Shown here: in pieces, positions 20,626-28,909 of the stretch
Position numbering within the stretch: the stretch's first letter is position 1
How the letters are laid out: each line of letters starts with the position of its first letter
DNA from: Mariprofundus sp.
GTDB lineage: Bacteria; Pseudomonadota; Zetaproteobacteria; Mariprofundales; Mariprofundaceae
DNA: 33,998 nt
Assembly: GCA_021772845.1 (NCBI GenBank)
Contig: JAJFLF010000038.1
Coordinates: forward strand, 1-33,998
Direction: 5' to 3'
The notes under the pieces: generated by a model
The model's database searches: none
The model's input: the letters and a program-made list of their open reading frames with translations, nothing else
Told to the model about the DNA's origin: nothing
Translations under genes and position numbers: made by a program

Positions 20626-20951
20626 GGTTGCACATCCTGTTGGGCATGGTTCTGCAAATAAGCCAATACTTGCTGTTTTTCTATATCAGTCATCTTAGGC
20701 AAAGCCCTTTTTTCACGATGTCGCAGCATTCGGTTCACCGTACTCATCCATTGCTGGGCTGTATGAATATTCGGCATCGGTGGACGATGGCAGCTCGAAC
20801 ACTGCTTAGCAAACTGTTTAAAACCTTCTGACTGTTGATCGGGATAAATATTTTTGGAGTGCTGCACTGAACGACTTGGATCATCACTACAGGCAGAACA
20901 AAAAAACAGTAATAACAATAGACAGGCGAAATTACTTTTTGTCATCACCAT
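20622..20951 (-). CDS. Small monoheme cytochrome c, probable lipoprotein
   Basis: FCSA-C lipobox-like signal, CSSCH, PxPxxHTAQQWxxxVxRM. Confidence 0.85.
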   Translation of the reverse strand: MVMTKSNFACLLLLLFFCSACSDDPSRSVQHSKNIYPDQQSEGFKQFAKQCSSCHRPPMPNIHTAQQWMSTVNRMLRHREKRALPKMTDIEKQQVLAYLQNHAQQDVQP

Positions 20952-21327
20952 CTTCTATCTGATCGATCCCTTCTTCTTTATCTATCTCTTCATCATTGGA
21001 GCCATACATTGCAGTCATAAAATAAACAAAACCGCCAAACACAATAACATAGGCCAATGCACCTACATGGCCCCAAGTAAACCATTCACGTGGACTATCT
21101 ACCCGGTCTCCCCAAAAAGGAACCGTCAGGCCATAAGCGATCAGCAGCATCACAACAAGAATTGCTAAAAACCACTTGGGTACGCGTTTGGATGATTCCA
21201 AACCTGAACCACTGGCAATGATTTCATCATCAGTCATACCTACTTTCTTTTTTTTCGCAGGTCTCGACTGACCACCTCCGAACAGGCGTTCGTTCTCTTT
21301 ATCAATTTCATCTTGTTTTGAACTCAT
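20932..21327 (-). CDS. Two-TM membrane protein, short paralog of the 227-aa CcoP-N-like subunit
   Basis: GAGGAG RBS; two TM helices; motif matches to 28910..29593 by manual alignment. Confidence 0.75.
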   Translation of the reverse strand: MSSKQDEIDKENERLFGGGQSRPAKKKKVGMTDDEIIASGSGLESSKRVPKWFLAILVVMLLIAYGLTVPFWGDRVDSPREWFTWGHVGALAYVIVFGGFVYFMTAMYGSNDEEIDKEEGIDQIEDGDDKK

Positions 21328-21362
21328 TTGGATATTCTCCTCATATCAGCTCTCTATCTGTT

Positions 21363-22661
21363 TCATTTGCCTTCGGAAAAATAGACCACTTTAAATGATT
21401 TTTTCCAACCATCGTCACTCTCGGCATGCACAGTTAAACGATGCAACCCTTTTTCAAGATCCTGCGAGAAATGCAGCATCACATCTTTACGTTCTGCATT
21501 TTCTATCACCACATCAGTTTGCTCCAGGCGATACATGGATGCAGGCATACCTTCGACCACAAGATGTAATTGGGTCGGCTGGTAACGTTTATTAGCAATA
21601 TTGATGCGGTAATCCTGAGCTGTCATACCCGGCATCAATTGGGCACGATCGACAACCATAGAGTAGGGCTCATAACTGAAGATGCCCAATACAAAACAGA
21701 AAGCGCCGACAAGCGTAACTGCCCCGGCAGTTTTCGTGCGCGATAACAGAGAGCCCAAATTACTCTTCTCTCCCGATTCACCAAATGCGAAAGACAACAA
21801 ACCAGGCCCTTTCATTTTCTTACTTTTACTATGCAAATGATCACATGCCGCTACACAATCACCACAATTAATGCAGCTATCAAATACCAAAGTCTGACGA
21901 GGATCAATATCCAGAAAACAGCTATCTTCACAATAGGTACAATTCAGACAGTGATCACTACGGCTTTCATCATATGCGATATGTAAGGTATCACGGGTTT
22001 TAAACGAATGTTGCCAGATACGGTAAATACACATGTACTTACACACCAGATGTCGCATCACGCTCGCATCCACAAGCACTACCAAAATACATACACTATA
22101 AATCCACAATAGGTTCTCTGCATCTGGCACAGGCTGAAGAATCAAAAATGACCAGATCACGTCCGGTGGGAAAAAGTAAAGCAGTGGAATAATCGCAAAC
22201 AACATCGATACCAGTATGAATGCGATCGCCAGCAGGATTTTATTCATCCAGGCATCTTTACGTCGTGCCACCTGCATCTTCAGGCCGGTCACATCCATCA
22301 TCAGTGCCCGTCTTCCCAGCAATTTAGCCGTCAAGGTATTGGCCCATTCCGATATTGTGTTCTGTGGGCATACCCAACCGCAAAAAACAGAGCCTGCCCA
22401 CGAGTACATAAAAATAAGCCCGGTGGCGACCATTAGCCAAAAACCCATAACAATAAAAATATCTGAGAACCAGACCTGATAATCGAGCAATCGGAAAGCT
22501 CCAGCCATAGGATCAATACGGAACAGACCAGTCACTGGAATCAACACAAGCAGTAAAATTACCAGATATTGAGAGGCACGCCGCCAGACGCGCACCGATT
22601 GCGCCCCCGGCACATGCTCTTCTCGTATTGAAATGTTTTTTAACTGTTCCTGTGCGTTCAC
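21363..22661 (-). CDS. ccoG: CcoG/FixG/RdxA-family 4Fe-4S membrane protein
   Basis: FCGWVCPQ, CKYMCIY, CLNCTYCEDSC, CINCGDCVAAC and a C-terminal Ig-like domain (YRINIANK); GTG start. Confidence 0.8.
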   Translation of the reverse strand: MNAQEQLKNISIREEHVPGAQSVRVWRRASQYLVILLLVLIPVTGLFRIDPMAGAFRLLDYQVWFSDIFIVMGFWLMVATGLIFMYSWAGSVFCGWVCPQNTISEWANTLTAKLLGRRALMMDVTGLKMQVARRKDAWMNKILLAIAFILVSMLFAIIPLLYFFPPDVIWSFLILQPVPDAENLLWIYSVCILVVLVDASVMRHLVCKYMCIYRIWQHSFKTRDTLHIAYDESRSDHCLNCTYCEDSCFLDIDPRQTLVFDSCINCGDCVAACDHLHSKSKKMKGPGLLSFAFGESGEKSNLGSLLSRTKTAGAVTLVGAFCFVLGIFSYEPYSMVVDRAQLMPGMTAQDYRINIANKRYQPTQLHLVVEGMPASMYRLEQTDVVIENAERKDVMLHFSQDLEKGLHRLTVHAESDDGWKKSFKVVYFSEGK

Positions 22662-22717
22662 TTCACATGCCGCCTGTGTTCGTTCATTGTGCCATCAATC
22701 ATCAAAACGGGATACTA

Positions 22718-25306
22718 TCACAGGGCAGAATCGAAAGAACCTGTGCTATCATAAGGAGTAACACGCAAGAATCTCTCTCTGTATTGTTGCGCTGCTTTCA
22801 AATCCCCACGCCTGTTGAGTAAAACCACCATAGCCTTCAGAGCACCTTCATGATCGGCACGAATATCAAGAATTTTCTGCAATGCCTGCTCATGTGTCAT
22901 GTTCTGAGGTACGCCGTGCTCCAGACTGGCAAACATCGCATCGGCCAAAGCAAAACCTGCCCATCGATCATTCGGATTGGCACGATAAGCCAGCGACTGT
23001 AGTCGCTGCACGCCGGGTTTACCCTGCAACATTGCGATCTGGGCACGCTGACTCAATTCAGTTGCAGCCCATGCCCGCTTAAACGAAACCAGATCGGATT
23101 CGCTGACTGACCAGGCGCTGGCAGCCTCTCTGAAGGAGATACGACGCTCCATCAACCAGTCCATCAACTCAGGTAGAACATGCTCCTTATGGCGCATATG
23201 TGGCAGATCAAATTCAATCACCGGCGCCCATTCACCCTGCACCAGACCCGTCTCTGCATCATCAAGCAATCCGGATGCGCTACCCCAATAACGCCCTAAC
23301 CATGTCCAACCACCTTCGCCACCCCAGAGATCTGTAGCAGGTGCAGCAGAAACCAATGCGGCGGCACTATTATGCTGGCCCATAAAGCCGATCAGGCCAA
23401 GACGATACCCATCCACAAACAGTGCATTATTCGGAAACACCTGTGCAAAACTACGTAAAACAACCTGCATGGATTGCTTGTCGAATTGATTGAATGCCAG
23501 CCACTGCACAAACAGGCCGTTTTTTGTCAAATGCGCTTTGGCTCGTTGAAACTGCTCAAGCGAAAGCAATGCCCCACGGCCAACCATATCCGGATGAAAC
23601 AGATCACCGACAATCACATCGTAGAATTTCTCACTACGCATGAGAAAACGACGCGCATCATCGTTCTCAATAGTGATCTTTGAAGTCAGACCATCGTTAA
23701 CCTTATCAAAGTAGCTCTGAGAGGCAGTTATCGCACCCTGTGAGAGCTCAATGGCATATAACTTCGCATCTCGCCACGGCAATGCACCAGAGGCAGTAAT
23801 ACCGGTACCCAGACCTAGAAATAGTACGTTCTGAGCTTCAGCCTGCAAAAACATAGGCAGACGCGCCTGGTTTTTCTGTACTGCTACAGATGTCGGATCA
23901 CTGGATGCATCCATTCGTTGCAGATCAGCCAATAGAACACGCTGCCCATCCTGCCGCTCTACTACATGGGTAATAGAAATCGCATCTTCTCTCTGATACA
24001 GATCAGTGGATCGTGGCAATTCAGCTTGCAACAACGTCGATGCAGAAGGCAGCTGGTAGACAGGCCATGCCAATATAACAAAGGCTGATATGCTGAGCAG
24101 GATCATCTGCAACCGTCTGGTTCCCACCAGCCAATAACATCCACAGAGCATGACTAACGCCGCGGCAAGTAACCATGTGCCGGCAGTTCCCAGCCAAGGA
24201 ATCAGAACAAAACCAGCCAGCAATGCGCCAATACATGCACCTACACTGTTGGCTGCATACAGCGACGCACCTTCATCATTGTTGGCGATCAATGGTAACC
24301 ATGCCCCCAATGCCAGTGTTACCGGCAAGGTACAGGCCGCAATCAACATGCCTTGAAAAAGCAGAGCGCTAAAGAGTGAGTCAAATATTGCACGTTGACC
24401 CCAATCATTCACATATGGAAACAGATACAGACCGGCAATAGCAATCAATGCGACAAGCATCGGCAGCAGTTGCAACGCACGCACACGCGGCAGATGTTTT
24501 GCAACCACACTGCCCAAACCTATGCCTATCAAAAAAACTGCCAGTATCACTGCCAGTACATATTCCGTGCGTAAAAGGATCATGCCGTATGCTCGCGTCC
24601 ATGCAATTTCCAGCATCAGGGCACCTGCCCCCATACCGGCATAGGCAAATAACATACTTAGTTGAGGATATTGATGGCCTGCATGGACATGGCGATCAGC
24701 AACTTCTGTTTTAGCGTTGATCGACATCCAAAATAGCCCTAAACCGACTGTCACACCCAAGGCTGCGACCCATTGTAAGGATGTTAGCCAGCCAAACAGA
24801 GGCAATAGCAGCAATGGTAACAGTGCACCAAGCGCACCACCGATCGTATTAGCACCATATAGTGAACCCAAAGAAAGATTGAATGATTTACCGACACGAA
24901 GCATGGCAGGAAATGCAAAACCCAATGCCATAGCTGGCACACACAACACCCACAACGCCGTGGACATTTGCCAAAACTGCCATGTCTGCACATCATCAAC
25001 AGACAGCCACATGCCTTGCAGCCACTGCATCAAAAGTGGTAATAACAGGGCGTACGCGGCCACTGCAATTTCTATGCCGGCCAACAGACGCAATGTGTTT
25101 TTAATGGATGAGAACCAACGGCTCCCCATAAAGCTGCCGAGCCCAAGACCTAACATGAAAGCAGCAACCGTAATCACAACACCCAAAATACTGATGCCAA
25201 ACAACAGGCTCAGCATACGCGTCCAAAGCACTTCATATGCCAGCGCAGTTACACCCGACAATCCATACAGCAATAACAATATGGAAGCTTGTTTGGATGA
25301 ATTCAT
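22718..25306 (-). CDS. Fused multi-TM (MFS-like) / spermidine-synthase-like SAM-dependent transferase with helical C-terminal domain
   Basis: Duplicated TM unit (EVLWTR..LYGANTIG and EIAWTR..LYAANSVG), VLFLGLGTG, DDARRFL, YDVIVGD, GLFVQW. Confidence 0.88.
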   Translation of the reverse strand: MNSSKQASILLLLYGLSGVTALAYEVLWTRMLSLLFGISILGVVITVAAFMLGLGLGSFMGSRWFSSIKNTLRLLAGIEIAVAAYALLLPLLMQWLQGMWLSVDDVQTWQFWQMSTALWVLCVPAMALGFAFPAMLRVGKSFNLSLGSLYGANTIGGALGALLPLLLLPLFGWLTSLQWVAALGVTVGLGLFWMSINAKTEVADRHVHAGHQYPQLSMLFAYAGMGAGALMLEIAWTRAYGMILLRTEYVLAVILAVFLIGIGLGSVVAKHLPRVRALQLLPMLVALIAIAGLYLFPYVNDWGQRAIFDSLFSALLFQGMLIAACTLPVTLALGAWLPLIANNDEGASLYAANSVGACIGALLAGFVLIPWLGTAGTWLLAAALVMLCGCYWLVGTRRLQMILLSISAFVILAWPVYQLPSASTLLQAELPRSTDLYQREDAISITHVVERQDGQRVLLADLQRMDASSDPTSVAVQKNQARLPMFLQAEAQNVLFLGLGTGITASGALPWRDAKLYAIELSQGAITASQSYFDKVNDGLTSKITIENDDARRFLMRSEKFYDVIVGDLFHPDMVGRGALLSLEQFQRAKAHLTKNGLFVQWLAFNQFDKQSMQVVLRSFAQVFPNNALFVDGYRLGLIGFMGQHNSAAALVSAAPATDLWGGEGGWTWLGRYWGSASGLLDDAETGLVQGEWAPVIEFDLPHMRHKEHVLPELMDWLMERRISFREAASAWSVSESDLVSFKRAWAATELSQRAQIAMLQGKPGVQRLQSLAYRANPNDRWAGFALADAMFASLEHGVPQNMTHEQALQKILDIRADHEGALKAMVVLLNRRGDLKAAQQYRERFLRVTPYDSTGSFDSAL

Positions 25307-25346
25307 CTTAAATACGTTAAGGTGTTAGCTATAAAGAATGTTATTA

Positions 25347-25772
25347 TTACAACAATCGATCTGGGTAGAACCAGACAAAAGCAACAACAGCATGGGCTAT
25401 CGCAAGGGTTGTAGCCAAACCGGCAGAAAGCACATGCCAGAGAAACACCTCTTTGCCAAATATACCCATCGCTACACCAAAACCTGCGGCCAGCAGAATG
25501 AGACACAACAGTGCACCACCCATCCAAAAAAGAATTTGATGTTTACGATTGGTGGAAATCGCACGTTCAGATGCCAGTTCCTTTTCCTGGTTAAACTCCC
25601 GCATCACATCAGCTGAATGTTCAAGTTCAACAGCAGTTTCTGATGTAATATTTCCATTAGCATTAGCAGCTGCAGTTGCAGCAACGGATACAGAAGCAAA
25701 ACCCAGACTCAACATCAGCAGACTCAAACAAAGAAAAAGGCTTTTACGCATCATTAACATCGTCACCTTCAT
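25347..25772 (-). CDS. Signal-peptide-bearing membrane protein with an H-x13-H helix
   Basis: Signal-like N-terminus, two TM helices, WHVLSAGLATTLAIAH; true start may be one of the downstream Mets (25760/25754/25751). Confidence 0.78.
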   Translation of the reverse strand: MKVTMLMMRKSLFLCLSLLMLSLGFASVSVAATAAANANGNITSETAVELEHSADVMREFNQEKELASERAISTNRKHQILFWMGGALLCLILLAAGFGVAMGIFGKEVFLWHVLSAGLATTLAIAHAVVAFVWFYPDRLL

Positions 25773-25977
25773 CTTTTTTCAAGGCATAGCGCCAATAGAG
25801 AAATACGGCTAGACCCATGGGTGCGAACACCATAAAAAACAAAAATACAAAAATAGTCCATGGGGTATCAATACTCACATGCAGATAGCGGTAACTATCC
25901 ATTGCCCAGGCAGGCATCGCCCAACACAGAGCAAGCGTTAGCAATATCATGCTTCTGATCTGTTTTAAGCCGTTCAT
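25744..25977 (-). CDS. Small signal-peptide plus single-TM protein
   Basis: AWA cleavage site then one TM helix and an acidic tail; GAGG RBS; ATGA overlap with the upstream gene. Confidence 0.78.
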   Translation of the reverse strand: MNGLKQIRSMILLTLALCWAMPAWAMDSYRYLHVSIDTPWTIFVFLFFMVFAPMGLAVFLYWRYALKKDEGDDVNDA

Positions 25978-27032
25978 GGTTTCACCTCATTAGGTTTGTT
26001 ACTGGATGCGCATCGGAATCCATAAAAATCGGATGCCATATTTGGCAAAGAATAATTACGATGATAACTCTCTGTTGAAAACGGGTCGCTTTTCCATGAG
26101 CCGCCACGCATTACCCGGTGTATAGTGCGTTCCACATCTTCACTGCCCGTACCGCTGAACTGATCAACTTCCGGTTGAAATGAAACCTGCTCGCCTTCAG
26201 CCACTTTATAGGGTTTAAATACGTCAAACACCCATTCCGTGACATTGCCCGCCATATCCATCGCACCATAAGGACTGGAACCATGTTCAAAATGGCGCAC
26301 ATCATTGGTGTGCCCAATGCTGTAATAGGTATTCAGACGGCTTACATCCATTTTATTACCCCAGGGCCAACGATTCGCCTTGGTTCCACGTGCTGCTTTT
26401 TCCCATTCAGCCTCTTGCGGCAGACGCTTACCTGCCCAAGCGCAATAATCCCGTGCATTATACCAGGAGACCAAGGTCACAGGGTGCTGTTCAAGGCCGC
26501 TCGGAATTTCACCATTGTCCCAGTTCAAGGGGGTGCGATACTGTTTGGCCACAACAAAATGAGCATATTGAGCTTGGGTCACCGGATACTTATCGATCCA
26601 GAATGCTGGCACATCAACCTGATGCGCTGGTCTATCTGTCTGATTACTGCGCACGGCATTGGTGCCCATTTCAAATCGACCTGCCTCAACAAAGACCATT
26701 TGGTCTAATTCTTTTTTAACGTCTGAACTCAACAGCGTTTTAAGTGATTCAATCGAGTAGGCTTGTTTATCGTTCTCGCGCGCCTCATGGGCTGCCTGTA
26801 TACGGATATCTTCACCGGCTGCACGAATATGATCCTCTACTTCAGCAATGTCATAGCTGACCTTTCCGCGCATCTCATCCATACGCATTGCGCCAAGCTC
26901 AATCACATGCAATGAACCACCAATCATGGCAGCAGCGACACAGGTTATTAGCACCGCCATTGCAAGGTTTTTACGTTTTTTTAACTCTTTTTCAGAAATG
27001 GGTTGTCGCGACATTGGATATTTATTTACCAT
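25974..27032 (-). CDS. Membrane-anchored formylglycine-generating-enzyme (SUMF1/NirV/PvdO-like) fold protein
   Basis: FWIDKYPVT, HPVTLVSW, GKRLPQEAEWEKAARG, DMAGNVTEW, RGGSW, GFRC; N-terminal TM anchor. Confidence 0.9.
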   Translation of the reverse strand: MVNKYPMSRQPISEKELKKRKNLAMAVLITCVAAAMIGGSLHVIELGAMRMDEMRGKVSYDIAEVEDHIRAAGEDIRIQAAHEARENDKQAYSIESLKTLLSSDVKKELDQMVFVEAGRFEMGTNAVRSNQTDRPAHQVDVPAFWIDKYPVTQAQYAHFVVAKQYRTPLNWDNGEIPSGLEQHPVTLVSWYNARDYCAWAGKRLPQEAEWEKAARGTKANRWPWGNKMDVSRLNTYYSIGHTNDVRHFEHGSSPYGAMDMAGNVTEWVFDVFKPYKVAEGEQVSFQPEVDQFSGTGSEDVERTIHRVMRGGSWKSDPFSTESYHRNYSLPNMASDFYGFRCASSNKPNEVKP

Positions 27033-27540
27033 TATCCCTGGGAATTATTTCAGAATCAGCTGGAGCATAATCCGCTGTACCCGGCAAATCCCATGTACCA
27101 TAGTATTTTTTCAGCAACAGCTCACCGATCACACCGCCAACTGCACAGAATTCCATATTTAAGATCACAAAGAATCCCCACCACATTAATGGGATCAATT
27201 TAGCGCCTTCTGGCGCTCCAGTGGTTGCTGTTAAATAATAGTTGATTGCAAGAATGATCAGAGGCGGGAAATGGGCGACTAACTTGCCTCCCCAGCCATA
27301 GATAAAACCAATGGCTATACCTGCAGTCACTGGCAGAGCAAACATTGTTGCTACCCAGGCCAGATCATACCCAGCTACACCCCAAAAGAGCTCTATGCGA
27401 ACATCGAACCACAAATTACCAAGTTCATATATTAAACCAGCTGCAAAGAAAGCGATTAAAAAGCGCTGCCATTTAGGTGCCCATGGTTGAGGTAATTGTT
27501 TTTGCATGTCTGAAGACTCCGTCAATGGATCTACAATCAT
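27022..27540 (-). CDS. Four-TM hypothetical membrane protein
   Basis: 172 aa, four hydrophobic segments, overlaps both neighbours. Confidence 0.8.
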   Translation of the reverse strand: MIVDPLTESSDMQKQLPQPWAPKWQRFLIAFFAAGLIYELGNLWFDVRIELFWGVAGYDLAWVATMFALPVTAGIAIGFIYGWGGKLVAHFPPLIILAINYYLTATTGAPEGAKLIPLMWWGFFVILNMEFCAVGGVIGELLLKKYYGTWDLPGTADYAPADSEIIPRDNGK

Positions 27541-28037
27541 TACTGATTGTTTTGTTTAGGGTAAGGGTTTCCTGTTAGTTTTTTGTACTCTGCGGCCTTT
27601 ACTTCTTCCAGATACCAATCTTTTACACGCAGACTTGAAAAATATTTAGCCATAAAACGGCGATCCTCTTCTGACAAGGAAGCATAAGAAGGCATCGCAT
27701 ATTTCGCTTTCAGGCGCGACGGAAGAATTTCCTGAGGATTATCTGCAGAAAAGTATTCATACAACCATTGTTCACTGCGCAATGAGCCAATACCATCAAG
27801 ATTTGGAGCAGGCACAGTTTCCATAATGTTTTTCACACCCCATAGGGAATGACAATCGCGACAGCCCATGTCACGATACATATCAGATGCTTTTGTTTGC
27901 ACTTCCTGGCTGGCCGTTGAATAAAATGGAATACCCTCATCCTTAACCGGATGAAATATATTATACGTACCTTTGCCTACAGCAAAGACTACAACCAGGC
28001 CAATTAGCCCCGCAATTAACCAATCACCTTTTCGCAT
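27540..28037 (-). CDS. Membrane-anchored monoheme cytochrome c with CcoO-like fold
   Basis: N-terminal TM, GCRDCH, APNLDGIG..RSEQWL, YAMPSY axial Met. Confidence 0.88.
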   Translation of the reverse strand: MRKGDWLIAGLIGLVVVFAVGKGTYNIFHPVKDEGIPFYSTASQEVQTKASDMYRDMGCRDCHSLWGVKNIMETVPAPNLDGIGSLRSEQWLYEYFSADNPQEILPSRLKAKYAMPSYASLSEEDRRFMAKYFSSLRVKDWYLEEVKAAEYKKLTGNPYPKQNNQ

Positions 28038-28040
28038 GTA

Positions 28041-28298
28041 TTACTTAGAATCCTCGTACTGTTCGTTCAACAGTTCTGTACGACGATTTTCCTGCTTGGC
28101 AGTAGCTTCCTGATATTTTTTAAACTCTTCCGGACTCATTTTGTCCCGATCATTATCATCAAAAACAAGATATTTAATATCTTCATCAAACTGTTCGTTC
28201 TGACTTGCCCAACGTAGTCCAAATACCACGGCGATTAATATGGATGCTCCACTGACCAACCATATATAAATAGTCCAACCATCACCCCATTCAACCAT
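28041..28298 (-). CDS. ccoS: CcoS/FixS-like cbb3 oxidase maturation protein
   Basis: Single TM followed by WASQNEQFDED..LVFDD, similar to the CcoS WAxxxGQFDD...ILxDD motif; AAGGAG RBS. Confidence 0.7.
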   Translation of the reverse strand: MVEWGDGWTIYIWLVSGASILIAVVFGLRWASQNEQFDEDIKYLVFDDNDRDKMSPEEFKKYQEATAKQENRRTELLNEQYEDSK

Positions 28299-28327
28299 AA
28301 CACACTCCTTTGTATCGCAAACTTAGT

Positions 28328-28645
28328 TTAAACAAGAAAACCATCTAACATTTGTACTGCTGCAAAAATAGCTGACACAATCACACCCAGTACAATCATT
28401 CCCATCAACACTTTTTCACCGGTTTTTACACTGCTCATATCTGTTTTCATATAAAACAGAGCAATCACACCAACAAACACAAGCATCGATATAATCATAA
28501 ATATGAAAATACCTATACTGTATTCCTGGCTACGCATACTTTCGATACCAAGATCAAATACCTGCTCTTCTGCCGCATGCGATAGACCTGTGGAGCAAGC
28601 AAGAGATGACGTAGCTAGTGTGATATAAGACAAGATTCTATTCAT
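28328..28645 (-). CDS. Signal-peptide plus two-TM hypothetical protein
   Basis: Start placed at ATG 28645 (MNRILS), because the longer TTG start lies in the terminator tail; SHA-AE cleavage site; two TM helices. Confidence 0.72.
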   Translation of the reverse strand: MNRILSYITLATSSLACSTGLSHAAEEQVFDLGIESMRSQEYSIGIFIFMIISMLVFVGVIALFYMKTDMSSVKTGEKVLMGMIVLGVIVSAIFAAVQMLDGFLV

Positions 28646-28654
28646 GATGGGCGC

Positions 28655-28682
28655 ATTGTAGACCCGATGCATAAAATAGAAA
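28655..28682 (-). promoter_or_regulatory. Possible internal sigma-70 promoter for the accessory arm
   Basis: Minus strand TTTCTA-N16-TACAAT followed by GCGCCC, 9 nt before the ATG at 28645; no RBS. Confidence 0.35.
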
Positions 28683-28697
28683 GCGCTGTCATCACGC

Positions 28698-28727
28698 AAA
28701 AAAAATGCCGCCCAAAGGGCGGCATTT
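28698..28727 (-). terminator. Intrinsic terminator ending the core oxidase operon
   Basis: AAATGCCGCCC-TTT-GGGCGGCATTT, with the T run extending to 8 on the minus strand. Confidence 0.88.
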
Positions 28728-28748
28728 CATATTACGTATTGTGCTATA

Positions 28749-28883
28749 TCAGAACTGTCTATTGCGTGGATCTGGAGTACCTTTTTTATGGTTATCAATA
28801 AAGAAACTATAAAGAACTGGTACCAGCAGAGCAATTGCGATAATTCCAATGATAGCGATTTGTGCATTGTCCATATCAATCAT
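28749..28883 (-). CDS. 44-aa single-TM protein, CcoQ-like small subunit candidate (absent from ORF track)
   Basis: AGGAG-N7-ATG; MIDMDNAQIAIIGIIAIALLVPVLYSFFIDNHKKGTPDPRNRQF; lies between the CcoP-like gene and the terminator. Confidence 0.8.
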   Translation of the reverse strand: MIDMDNAQIAIIGIIAIALLVPVLYSFFIDNHKKGTPDPRNRQF

Positions 28884-28909
28884 ATCAAATCTCCTAATCT
28901 ATTTTATTA

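Noticed and set aside
24717-25328. 203-aa plus-strand ORF
   Set aside because: Antisense shadow of the 862-aa membrane/SAM gene, with no recognisable motifs
28646-28699. N-terminal extension of the 123-aa ORF
   Set aside because: Starts inside the terminator U-tract and spans the likely promoter
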